Shown one piece after another: positions 9,630-19,355 of a stretch of DNA of 64,000 nt. Below the pieces are notes generated by a model. The model saw only the letters and a program-made list of their open reading frames with translations, was not told the origin of the DNA and ran no database searches. A program made the position numbers and the translations under genes. The stretch lies in contig CAVWUT010000006.1 in the NCBI GenBank assembly GCA_963758285.1, positions 434,327 to 498,326 of the forward strand. The letters are read 5' to 3'. This stretch comes from Terriglobia bacterium. GTDB taxonomy: Bacteria; Acidobacteriota; Terriglobia; Terriglobales; Acidobacteriaceae. Each line of letters begins with the position of its first letter. Position 1 is the stretch's first letter.

Positions 9630-10103
9630 TTACTTCTGAGACCGATCAGGCCACAGATGCGTAACAGCCAGCGCCACCGCGATGCCTAGTGAAACCTCGA
9701 TGAAGCGATGCAAAGCCACGATCCACGGTGGTCGGTTGTGCGAGATCAATAAGATGATGGTCAGCGTAATCGCCGCAAAACGGTAAGCGCCGCGCAGTCG
9801 AAGCAGCGTGCACACCGCCCCGCATAGAAATATGGACGTTGCATAGACCAGCACACCGCTACTGGTGAAAAAGGTGGCGATCAAGGCTCCCAGCGCCGCG
9901 CCCAAAGCTGTTCCGGCAAAGCGCTGCCACGCCACGGTCCGGGGGTTGATGGTCGATTGGATGATCACGATGGCGGAAATCGGCGCCCAGTAGAACTCGG
10001 GAAGCTTCAGAAGGCGAGCCAGCAGCAAGGAAGCGACGGCCGCGACCGTGGTCCGTGCCGCGTCGATGATGGTTTCAGGCAGCGGCGTGGATGTGGTTGC
10101 CAT
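9630..10103 (-). CDS. small FUSC/ArAE-like membrane protein
   Basis: Four hydrophobic helices; LKLPEFYWAPISAIVIIQ resembles the FUSC-type N-terminal module. ATG 10103 preferred over the ORF-track start 10187. Confidence 0.55.
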   Translation of the reverse strand: MATTSTPLPETIIDAARTTVAAVASLLLARLLKLPEFYWAPISAIVIIQSTINPRTVAWQRFAGTALGAALGALIATFFTSSGVLVYATSIFLCGAVCTLLRLRGAYRFAAITLTIILLISHNRPPWIVALHRFIEVSLGIAVALAVTHLWPDRSQK

Positions 10104-10330
10104 GGTCAGAGTGTGGTGGCGCAGGCTGCGGGTCCATGCTAACTCGGAAGGGTGCAGCGGCCAAGCGGATCGTACGGAGCTGTTCACAGTAGCACAGTTC
10201 GGAAATTGTCCTCCCGAGCGGAGAAATCCGGTTCGCTTGCCAAACCGGATGTCGGAGCCGAGGGATCTGCCGGAATGCTTGCAAAAGCGCCAAGACTAGT
10301 ACACCCTCGATTGCAGCTTATCCTTTTATC

Positions 10331-10798
10331 ATGCCCGATCCGACGGAGGAACTCGACCGATGCCTTGCGGTGATCACAGCGACCTTGGCCCATCAAGACC
10401 CACTAACGTTGTCCCACGTCGAGGCGCAGCTTCGTGAGCCGAAACTGACGGCGTGGACGGCCAAACAGAGGTTTAAGTCTTTGCTGAAACTGGCAGCCGC
10501 GCACCGCGGGCGCGGTCAGCTTGGCCGCCTCCGAGCAGCCTTGATGCTGGGCGCGACCTCATTTGGGGCTGACTTCGTTGAGGCAGTGGAACGCGGTGCC
10601 GTGCTCTTGTCAGATGGCACGAAGAAATTCCGCCAGTTTCTTCAACATTTCGACGGCGAAGTTCGGAACGTCCGACGCTCCGGGTTGGCGGTTCTTGGAA
10701 GGTCGGCTCCAGACATATATCGCGTACGACCAGTTAGTTGCCGCCGCTGCCGCCAGCGAGCGAGGTGCGTTGCCCCTGCTATTGGGTTCGCCCGGTGA
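10331..10798 (+). CDS. hypothetical; probably the true N-terminus of the following gene, separated by a frame change
   Basis: The first 110 or so aa look protein-like (MPDPTEELDRCLAVITATLAHQDP...FRQFLQHFDGEV). The Arg/Cys-rich tail does not. Overlaps the next ORF by 236 nt in another frame. Confidence 0.4.
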   Translation: MPDPTEELDRCLAVITATLAHQDPLTLSHVEAQLREPKLTAWTAKQRFKSLLKLAAAHRGRGQLGRLRAALMLGATSFGADFVEAVERGAVLLSDGTKKFRQFLQHFDGEVRNVRRSGLAVLGRSAPDIYRVRPVSCRRCRQRARCVAPAIGFAR

Positions 10799-12587
10799 GG
10801 CAATAAGGAAGGTGCTCGTATTGGCGCACTTGCGTTTCCTGAGCTATATGGATTATTCGCTGCCTTCCGCCATTCGGGATTGGCTAGAGGGATTCGGGCC
10901 ACCCGAGGAGTTTGCAAGCATTGCGTCGCTGCTGGTTGCCGTTGCCAATAAGCACAAGCCTCTTGCTTCGATCGACTTTGTTCTCCCCCTGGCTTCGGAC
11001 ATTGCAAGCGCGGAGATGCGAGCCCTTATGGAATATGGGCGAATATCACACCAGAGCTACGAGGTATCCAAGGATATTTCCATCTTCGGCTACGGACTCG
11101 AGGCTCATCGAGGAGGATCTGCTTCACAGGTGTTCTATTTGCGTCCCCCGACCCCGGAGTTCGAATACGCAATGCGTTTGGGATTTATCCGGTCACAGGT
11201 TGGTCGATCAAAGGCCAGGATGGACGCAACACTCGGCCTGCCTGTCCGTCCCATGTCGATCCTTGGGGCGGCGGAGGTATTTGCCGCCCGTCTGCGCGAT
11301 AGAATCTGCGAACTTAAGGATGGAGGCTCGGATTGGAGACGCATTGTCCTCAAGTTCCCAGCTATTCCCGAATTGTACCGGGGCGTCCTGTCCGGCGGAT
11401 TCTACGAAGACTTCGCGGAGCAAGAGGAACTTGGCCTAGATTTCCTAGCTCCGTTGAGTCGACGGGGTGAGCCACAGATACAACTCACGGACCGGCTAGA
11501 CATCGCGACTTTCCTCAGGATCTGGCGGCTATTGCGCTTTCTCTGCTTCGTGGACATCTGTGCTGTTCGATCGTTCGAGAATATGGATCCCTCGACTCTT
11601 TTCAACTCCGTTCTGCGAATTGCCAAGGAGAAGGACTTGGTTGCGCTCGTCGCTTCCATGGGCATTAAGGAGGAGGAAATCAGCGAATTCTTAAGGCTTG
11701 TTGCGGCGGACACGCGGCGCCTCGGGTACCTAGATATTCAGTACCGCCCGTTTCTCAGGCTCGCGCCCAGCACGCTTGGAGGGTATACCAGTCCGCCAGA
11801 AATTCTCCATGTACCGGCTCTTGTTGGGTTTGCGAACGTGCTGCGCAACGTTCAGTCAGCAAATCAGCTTCGATTGCCTCGAAATGCCGAGCTCTTCGTC
11901 GAAGCTGTCGCCGATCTATTGAGCAGACATTTCAGTAAGGTCACGGTAAATCGGAGAGTAAAGTCAAAGGTCGAGAATACGGACATAGACGTGGCAGTGC
12001 TGGCGGACAAAACGCTCTACCTGTTCGAATGCAAGCACTCAGTGCCCCCGACCGGATCGCACGAAATGCGCAACGTCTGGGAGGACGTCGAAAAGGGCGT
12101 GCGGCAGCTAGAGACGGCGCTACGCTTGCTTGCCGATCGCGCTCGGTTGCGCGACTATCTGACGGGATGGTTTCCGGGAGTGACGGACCGGGACACTGCG
12201 GACGTCAGCATTGTGCCGTGCGTGATCTGCTCGCACAGAATTTTTGGAGGTTTGTGTCACGCAGGCGTCCCGATAAGGGACTTCTCGTCTCTGGCCAAGC
12301 TCACCCAGGACGGCGTCGTGGGGCTAGGCGCTATGAGTGATACCGAACTGGTATTGCACCGATTCCGGGTTACCAGAAGGGAGAAGTTCTCAGCGGAAGA
12401 TCTAGACGACTACCTCAGCGCCGATTCCAAGTTTTTCGCTATGTTCGCGCCGTTCATGCATCCTGTGTCCAGGCTGGCGAGATGCGCCGACGTGTCTGTT
12501 GCACGTGAGACATATGTTTACGAAGTCGATTCGGAAGAATGGATATTTGCACATGGAGTCGCTCGGATTTACCCGGCTCGAAGATGA
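10563..12587 (+). CDS. large uncharacterised protein with C-terminal PD-(D/E)xK (NERD/restriction-endonuclease-like) motif
   Basis: Long ORF with spot GC of 48-53% against about 60% for neighbours. Motif DIDVAVLADKTLYLFECKHS at 11982-12035 (D...ExK). No other domain recognised. First ATG clear of the overlap is 10848. Confidence 0.7.
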   Translation: MGLTSLRQWNAVPCSCQMARRNSASFFNISTAKFGTSDAPGWRFLEGRLQTYIAYDQLVAAAAASERGALPLLLGSPGEAIRKVLVLAHLRFLSYMDYSLPSAIRDWLEGFGPPEEFASIASLLVAVANKHKPLASIDFVLPLASDIASAEMRALMEYGRISHQSYEVSKDISIFGYGLEAHRGGSASQVFYLRPPTPEFEYAMRLGFIRSQVGRSKARMDATLGLPVRPMSILGAAEVFAARLRDRICELKDGGSDWRRIVLKFPAIPELYRGVLSGGFYEDFAEQEELGLDFLAPLSRRGEPQIQLTDRLDIATFLRIWRLLRFLCFVDICAVRSFENMDPSTLFNSVLRIAKEKDLVALVASMGIKEEEISEFLRLVAADTRRLGYLDIQYRPFLRLAPSTLGGYTSPPEILHVPALVGFANVLRNVQSANQLRLPRNAELFVEAVADLLSRHFSKVTVNRRVKSKVENTDIDVAVLADKTLYLFECKHSVPPTGSHEMRNVWEDVEKGVRQLETALRLLADRARLRDYLTGWFPGVTDRDTADVSIVPCVICSHRIFGGLCHAGVPIRDFSSLAKLTQDGVVGLGAMSDTELVLHRFRVTRREKFSAEDLDDYLSADSKFFAMFAPFMHPVSRLARCADVSVARETYVYEVDSEEWIFAHGVARIYPARR

Positions 12588-12743
12588 ACGTAGGAAACTG
12601 AACGGTCCGATGATGGCTGAGGATATAGAGCGCGAACTGGCGTCGAAGAGACCCGCAGCGGATGACGGGTCAGGCGCGCCGCCGTGAACGGAGAGGGCTC
12701 CCGGCGCTGTCTTGTAGGATTGAGAGTGTCCGACCCACACCAA

Positions 12744-12785
12744 CAAAAAACCCCACCCTAGCGCACAGAACGCGCTAGGATGGGG
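12744..12785 (-). terminator. Rho-independent terminator of groESL
   Basis: Minus strand CCCCATCCTAGCGC-gttctgt-GCGCTAGGGTGGGG followed by TTTTTTGTTGG, about 50 nt after the groEL stop. Confidence 0.8.
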
Positions 12786-12833
12786 CACCCTTCAGATCTG
12801 CTAGCTACTAACTACCAGCTACTAGCTACTCGC

Positions 12834-14510
<1,677 letters not shown>

Positions 14511-14575
14511 CTAAGATTTCTGAATTTGTAAGCAGGCTGGGCCTGCGAAAATGACTGGCTACTAGCGTCTAGCTA

Positions 14576-14902
14576 CTAGCGTCTGCTTCCGGCGGTTTCC
14601 TTTTTCGTCGCGCCGCTCAGGATGCCGAGTACTTCTTCTTCGCGCATGATGACGAAGTCTTCGCCATCCAACTTGATCTCGGTGCCCGAGTACTTGCCGA
14701 ACAGGATGCGGTCGCCTTCCTTGACGTCCAGCGGGCGGATCTTGCCCTCTTCGTTGATCTTGCCTTTGCCGGCGGCAATAACTTCGCCTTCCTGCGGCTT
14801 GTCCTTAGCGCTGTCCGGGATGATAATGCCACCACGGGTGGTTTCCGCCTCTTCCACACGACGGATGAGGATACGGTCATGGAGTGGGGTAAATTTGGCC
14901 AT
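14576..14902 (-). CDS. groES: co-chaperonin GroES
   Basis: [42 protein letters not shown], directly upstream of groEL. Short basic C-terminal extension. Confidence 0.97.
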   Translation of the reverse strand: MAKFTPLHDRILIRRVEEAETTRGGIIIPDSAKDKPQEGEVIAAGKGKINEEGKIRPLDVKEGDRILFGKYSGTEIKLDGEDFVIMREEEVLGILSGATKKETAGSRR

Positions 14903-14970
14903 AATGCGAAACTCCTTTCGTTCGATTCGGTTAGAATTTTGGGTTGGACTGGCAGGGATTGCTTGATTAG

Positions 14971-14996
14971 TAGCACTCTCTGCCCACGAGTGCTAA
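14971..14996. promoter_or_regulatory. CIRCE operator (HrcA site) upstream of groES
   Basis: gTAGCACTC-N9-GAGTGCTAA against consensus TTAGCACTC-N9-GAGTGCTAA, about 70 nt upstream of the groES start. Confidence 0.8.
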
Positions 14997-15025
14997 TTGT
15001 AGATGGTTGAGTGGGTTGCCGTCAA
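14996..15025 (-). promoter_or_regulatory. candidate sigma70-type groES promoter
   Basis: Minus strand TTGACG (15025-15020), 18 nt, TACAAT (15001-14996), abutting the CIRCE element. Confidence 0.55.
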
Positions 15026-15120
15026 GCGGCGGAGGGGTCGACACGATGTATTATATTTGCTATCAACAACTTACTGGATGGATAGCGATGAGCGCTGCAT
15101 CCGGTTTTCGCAGGGCACAT

Positions 15121-15537
15121 ATGAAGGAGATTGCAATTCTTGTCACGCTTCTTGCGGTGATACCCTTGCCTGCGGCGGGCCGGAAGAAGGATGAAGGGCC
15201 ATCAGCTACGCTGAATTTCGTGGTCCTGAAGGAAGACAGCGGGAAGCCGGTACGCAACGCGTCCGTCGTCATGCACCAGGTCGACAGCAAGGACAAGCAG
15301 CAGCGCGGCGGCCTCGAATTGAAGACGGATGCCGACGGCAAGTGCGGAATGGACGGCATCCCGTATGGAAAACTGCGGGTGCAGGTCCTGGCGCCGGGGT
15401 TTCAGACCTTTGGCGATGACTACGACGTGAACCAGTCGACGATGGAGATCACAGTCAAGCTCAAGAGACCGGCGGGGCAGTACTCGATTTACGATGAGCA
15501 TCCGGGGGAGAAGAAGCCGGAACCGCAGAAGCCGTAA
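15121..15537 (+). CDS. secreted carboxypeptidase-regulatory-like (CarboxypepD_reg) domain protein
   Basis: Signal peptide MKEIAILVTLLAVIPLPAAG, then a beta-sandwich-like LNFVVLKEDSGKPVRNASVVM...GKLRVQVLAPGFQTF. ATG 15121 preferred over 15007. Confidence 0.6.
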   Translation: MKEIAILVTLLAVIPLPAAGRKKDEGPSATLNFVVLKEDSGKPVRNASVVMHQVDSKDKQQRGGLELKTDADGKCGMDGIPYGKLRVQVLAPGFQTFGDDYDVNQSTMEITVKLKRPAGQYSIYDEHPGEKKPEPQKP

Positions 15538-15548
15538 GAAATCGCTTT

Positions 15549-15658
15549 CCGTCGTTCGTCCTGCGTCGTTCGCGAAAACCGGGGAACCAAAAAAGCAGGT
15601 GATGAGTGCTAGAGTAAAGCTGACGGCGAAGGACCAACGACGAGCGACCAACGACGAA
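15549..15658. repeat. inverted repeat element built from CGTCGTTCG / CCAACGACG units
   Basis: Left arm CCGTCGTTCGTCCTGCGTCGTTCGCG; right arm CGAAGGACCAACGACGAGCGACCAACGACGAAG. Fills the spacer between two + strand genes. Confidence 0.5.
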
Positions 15659-15662
15659 GATT

Positions 15663-16043
15663 ATGGACTACCTACTCAAGACCGAACCCTCTGAATATTC
15701 TTTTGCTGACTTGCAACGCGATCAGGCCACGATCTGGGATGGAGTTTCGAACCCGGTGGCGCTTAAGAACCTGCGCGGGATGAAGGCGGGAGACCGCCTG
15801 GTAATCTACGAAACCGGCGACCACAAGAGTGCCGTAGGGACGGCGACGGTGGTTTCGGTGGACGTCTCCGAGATCAAGAACCCGCAAGTGAGGATCAAAG
15901 CCGGCAAGCCGATTCCCAAGCCGGTGACCTTGGCCGAAGTGAAATCCAACCATCAATTCGCCGAGTCGCCGCTGGTGCGGCAGGGAAGGCTGAGCGTGGT
16001 GCCCCTGACACCGGCGCAGCACAAGTTTCTGACCGGTGAATAG
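15663..16043 (+). CDS. EVE (PUA-like) domain protein
   Basis: MDYLLKTEPSEYSFADLQRDQATIWDGVSNPVALKNLRGMKAGDRLVIYET is a typical EVE/DUF55 N-terminus. Confidence 0.8.
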   Translation: MDYLLKTEPSEYSFADLQRDQATIWDGVSNPVALKNLRGMKAGDRLVIYETGDHKSAVGTATVVSVDVSEIKNPQVRIKAGKPIPKPVTLAEVKSNHQFAESPLVRQGRLSVVPLTPAQHKFLTGE

Positions 16044-16098
16044 CAAAAGCATCGCCCTTTCGCAAAGAGCGCGAACAGGACGGGGCATCCGGCTGGCT

Positions 16099-16413
16099 CT
16101 ACAGTCTGTCCTTCAGGCTGGCAGTCAACTCACGCAGTGCCGACTCGTTGCGGCGATACCACATCCACTGGCCAACCTTGGTGACTTCGACGAACCCGGC
16201 GCGGCGAAGGACCGCCATGTGGTGTGAGATGGTCGGTTGAGAAAGATGAACTCGTAGCTCGATATCGGAGGCGCACAGTCCGGACTCTTTGCCAATGGAA
16301 CATCCGCCACGTTCTTTCAAGGCTTGAAGAATTCTGCGCCGGGTGGGATCGGCGATGGCGTTCAGCATTCGGGCGAGGATCTTGTCGGAGTCTTGCATGG
16401 CCAACAGCTTCAA
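16099..16413 (-). CDS. ArsR/SmtB-family transcriptional regulator
   Basis: LNAIADPTRRRILQAL...LSQPTISHHMAVLRRAGFV winged-HTH signature. Confidence 0.85.
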   Translation of the reverse strand: MKLLAMQDSDKILARMLNAIADPTRRRILQALKERGGCSIGKESGLCASDIELRVHLSQPTISHHMAVLRRAGFVEVTKVGQWMWYRRNESALRELTASLKDRL

Positions 16414-16460
16414 CCAGTGGATCGGTGGCTGTCAATGTAGAAAGCGCTTTCCGCTTGAAC

Positions 16461-16484
16461 GCGCACGGGCGGGGACGCCCGCGC
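16461..16484. repeat. degenerate GC-rich REP-like hairpin
   Basis: GCGCACGGGCG-ggga-CGCCCGCGC between the ArsR and SPOR genes. Confidence 0.4.
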
Positions 16485-16523
16485 CTACATCGCAATTTCA
16501 ATCCCGGCCGTCCTGCTCCGGCG

Positions 16524-17120
16524 CTATCTCTTTAAGATCGGGTTATAGCCGTCGCTGACCAGCTTGGCACGCATGGCTTCGGCATCCTTGACGTCGGTAT
16601 AAGGCCCGACCTGCACGTGAAACAGCTTGTCGCTGGGAACGCTCGCGATCACCGCCGGATACTGCTTTTTCTTTAACGCATCGACCAGAGCGTCGGCGTC
16701 TTCCTGTTTGCTGACGGCGGCAACCTGCACGAAATAGCCATTGGTCGGGAGAGAAGCGGATTGGTCAGGGGGAGTTGGCTTGGCTTCGTCGGCAGGCGGC
16801 GGGGCGGTCGTGTCGGCGGGGTTGCCCTCCTTTGCCGTCAACTGGCTGTTTGCATCCTTGTCTCCGACTGCCTTGTAGAACGTCAGATTGGATGGAGGGT
16901 TCTGGGTGTCATTCGTCTTCAGCGCGGAGGGACGCGTGCCGGCAGGGGCGGTGACAGCAGACTGGGAAGCGTCGGCGGCAGAAGGCTTGGTGGAACCCTT
17001 GCCGATGGAGTAGCCCAATCCGAAAAACACTCCGCAGAGAGCGACCAGTCCGAAGAACAGAAACAGCATCTTGCCGACGCCTAGTGTGATTTCTGTGTCT
17101 TCAGACTTAGACGACGTCAT
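16524..17120 (-). CDS. SPOR-domain membrane protein
   Basis: One N-terminal TM helix, a Pro/Ala-rich linker, and a C-terminal SPOR-like GYFVQVAAVSKQEDADALVDALKKKQYPA...FHVQVGPY. Confidence 0.8.
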   Translation of the reverse strand: MTSSKSEDTEITLGVGKMLFLFFGLVALCGVFFGLGYSIGKGSTKPSAADASQSAVTAPAGTRPSALKTNDTQNPPSNLTFYKAVGDKDANSQLTAKEGNPADTTAPPPADEAKPTPPDQSASLPTNGYFVQVAAVSKQEDADALVDALKKKQYPAVIASVPSDKLFHVQVGPYTDVKDAEAMRAKLVSDGYNPILKR

Positions 17121-17150
17121 TCTCTGCCTCAGTTCCGATCATGACTTTAA

Positions 17151-17945
17151 TTATCCCGCCTTGCTAGCTGTGCCAGCGGGATTGCCCAGCAGCTTCTGAA
17201 TTCCGGAGAAAAAGTCTACCGGCACGGGGAACACCACCGTGGTGTTTTTCTCCACGCCGATCTCAGTGAGAGTTTGCAGGTAGCGCAACTGCACGCTGAC
17301 CGGCTCGGTGGCCAGCAGCTTGGCGGCATCCACCAGGCGCTGCGCGGCAGAGAATTCGCCTTCCGCATGGATGATCTTCGAACGCTTCTCACGTTCTGCT
17401 TCTGCCTGCTTCGCCATGGCGCGCAGCATGGATTCGGGCATATCAACCTGTTTGACTTCGACATTGGCGACCTTCACGCCCCAGGGCGCAGTGTGGGTAT
17501 CGAGAATGCTCTGCAACCGCAGGTTGATTTTTTCGCGGTGCGCCAGCAATTCGTCGAGTTCCTGTTCTCCAAGCACCGAGCGCAGCGTGGTCTGAGCAAA
17601 CTGTGAGGTCTGGTAAACATAGTTGGAAACCTCGACCACGGCTTTGTTCGGATCGATCACGCGCAGGAAGATGACGGCATTCACTTTCAACGTGACGTTG
17701 TCGCGGGTAATGATGTCCTGGGGAGGAACCTCGAGCGCTTCCTGCCGCAGGGAAACGCGCACCATTCGGTCGATGGGCGAAAACACCAGGATGATACCCG
17801 GCCCTTTGGCCGTTCCCAGCAGGCGGCCCAGGCGGAAGATGACGCCACGTTCGTACTCGGCCAGAATTTTGATTGAACTGAGAACGTACAAAGCGACCAC
17901 AATAATGGCGATGGTGGTGAAACCAATCCCTGCAACTTCCATCAC
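17151..17945 (-). CDS. SPFH/band-7 (stomatin-like) protein
   Basis: N-terminal TM helix then [15 protein letters not shown]...[22 protein letters not shown], a typical stomatin/slipin core. Confidence 0.9.
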   Translation of the reverse strand: MMEVAGIGFTTIAIIVVALYVLSSIKILAEYERGVIFRLGRLLGTAKGPGIILVFSPIDRMVRVSLRQEALEVPPQDIITRDNVTLKVNAVIFLRVIDPNKAVVEVSNYVYQTSQFAQTTLRSVLGEQELDELLAHREKINLRLQSILDTHTAPWGVKVANVEVKQVDMPESMLRAMAKQAEAEREKRSKIIHAEGEFSAAQRLVDAAKLLATEPVSVQLRYLQTLTEIGVEKNTTVVFPVPVDFFSGIQKLLGNPAGTASKAG

Positions 17946-18062
17946 ATCCTCCGCGCTGACTGTAAGGGATGCCTACGAGCGGATTGTATCGCAGTTGGAC
18001 GGGCGCGAGCGGTGATTCGGCGCGGACGGGGGTGTTTTGCGAGATACCGAGAGAATGAATAG

Positions 18063-19355
18063 CTACCCTGTCGTTCGTTCCACTTCCAACTCCAATCCGT
18101 CAATCTTGCGCACCACGACGCGCTGGCCCGCTTCCACAGGAGAGGAGGCGGTCGCATCCCAAAGTTCGCCGTGGATGAAAACCTTGCCCTGCGGCGAAAG
18201 TGCGGTCTGGGTGAGCCCGACTTCGCCGATGAGTCCTTGCGCGCCGGTCACGACCTTGTTGGCGCGGGCCTTCAAGGCAATGTTCATCAGAAAGACGGTG
18301 ATGACGCCGAGAGGGATGCTCACGGCCAGCGCGGTCAGCAGGTGAACTCGCATCTCAGGAATGGGGGCGTCAACCAGGAGCAAGCCGCCCAGCGTCAGGG
18401 TGACGATTCCGCCGATACCCAGCACGCCATGGGTGGCGAACTTCGCCTCCAGCGCGAATAGAGCGAAAGAAAGAAGAATCAGAATTACAGCGGCGAAACG
18501 CGTGGGAAGCAGGTTGAACGCGAAAGCAGCCAGCAGGATGAAGACCACCCCAACCATTCCCGGCACCACCGCGCCGGGATGATTGAACTCGATGTAAAGT
18601 GCCAGCGCGCCGATGGCCAGCAGAATGAAGGCCATGTTCGGATCCATGAAGAAATCCAGGACAAGCTGCCGAAGGGTCATATCGAAAACTCGAACCGGCT
18701 CGCCGACCAGGTTCAGCGTGACGGTCTGCCCGTTGAAACGCTTGACCGGCTTGCCTTGCATTTGCTTGAAAAGATCGTTTTCGTTCGCGGCAACATAATC
18801 GAGCAGATGCTGGGACAGCGCTTCCTGATCGGTCCAGGACTTGGATTGGCGAATAGCACTTTCGGCGAGTTCAACATTGCGGCCGCGCATGGAGACGAAC
18901 GAACGCATGAAAGCGGCCGAGTCGTTCTCGATCTTTTCTTTCATGACGTCATCCATCTTGCCGCCGAAGGCCGAAACCGGATGGGCCGCACCCGTGTTGG
19001 TTCCGGGCGCGGCGGCGGCAACGTCAGCACTTTCCAGAATGAAGAAGCCGGCCGAGGCAGCGCGGCTGCCGCTGGGCGTGACGTAGACAATCACCGGCAC
19101 CGGAGACGCGACGATCTTTTCGATGATCTCACGAGTCGAGTCCAGCAGTCCGCCAGGAGTATTCAGCTCGATCAGCAAGGCCTGGTCGTGGTGGCGCTCG
19201 GCGTCGGCGATGGCCCGGCCGATAAACTCCTCGGTAATTGGCTGAATGGTGTCGTTCACGACAATTTTCAGAACTTCGGCTGCTGAGGGTACGGCCAGCA
19301 ATGGCAACGTCGCCAGAAGGGTCAGCACTACGGGTCGAACAAAACGGCGTTTCAT
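18063..19355 (-). CDS. NfeD-family membrane-bound ClpP-class serine protease
   Basis: Signal peptide, ClpP-like LIELNTPGGLLDSTREI...SRAASAGFFI, TM block, and a C-terminal NfeD OB-fold-like segment. Sits upstream of the SPFH gene (classic pair). Confidence 0.85.
   Translation of the reverse strand: MKRRFVRPVVLTLLATLPLLAVPSAAEVLKIVVNDTIQPITEEFIGRAIADAERHHDQALLIELNTPGGLLDSTREIIEKIVASPVPVIVYVTPSGSRAASAGFFILESADVAAAAPGTNTGAAHPVSAFGGKMDDVMKEKIENDSAAFMRSFVSMRGRNVELAESAIRQSKSWTDQEALSQHLLDYVAANENDLFKQMQGKPVKRFNGQTVTLNLVGEPVRVFDMTLRQLVLDFFMDPNMAFILLAIGALALYIEFNHPGAVVPGMVGVVFILLAAFAFNLLPTRFAAVILILLSFALFALEAKFATHGVLGIGGIVTLTLGGLLLVDAPIPEMRVHLLTALAVSIPLGVITVFLMNIALKARANKVVTGAQGLIGEVGLTQTALSPQGKVFIHGELWDATASSPVEAGQRVVVRKIDGLELEVERTTG

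Noticed and set aside
17151-19355. SPFH/stomatin plus NfeD protease pair as a possible novel system
   Set aside because: This is a well-known, widespread two-gene operon. Nothing atypical is visible here.
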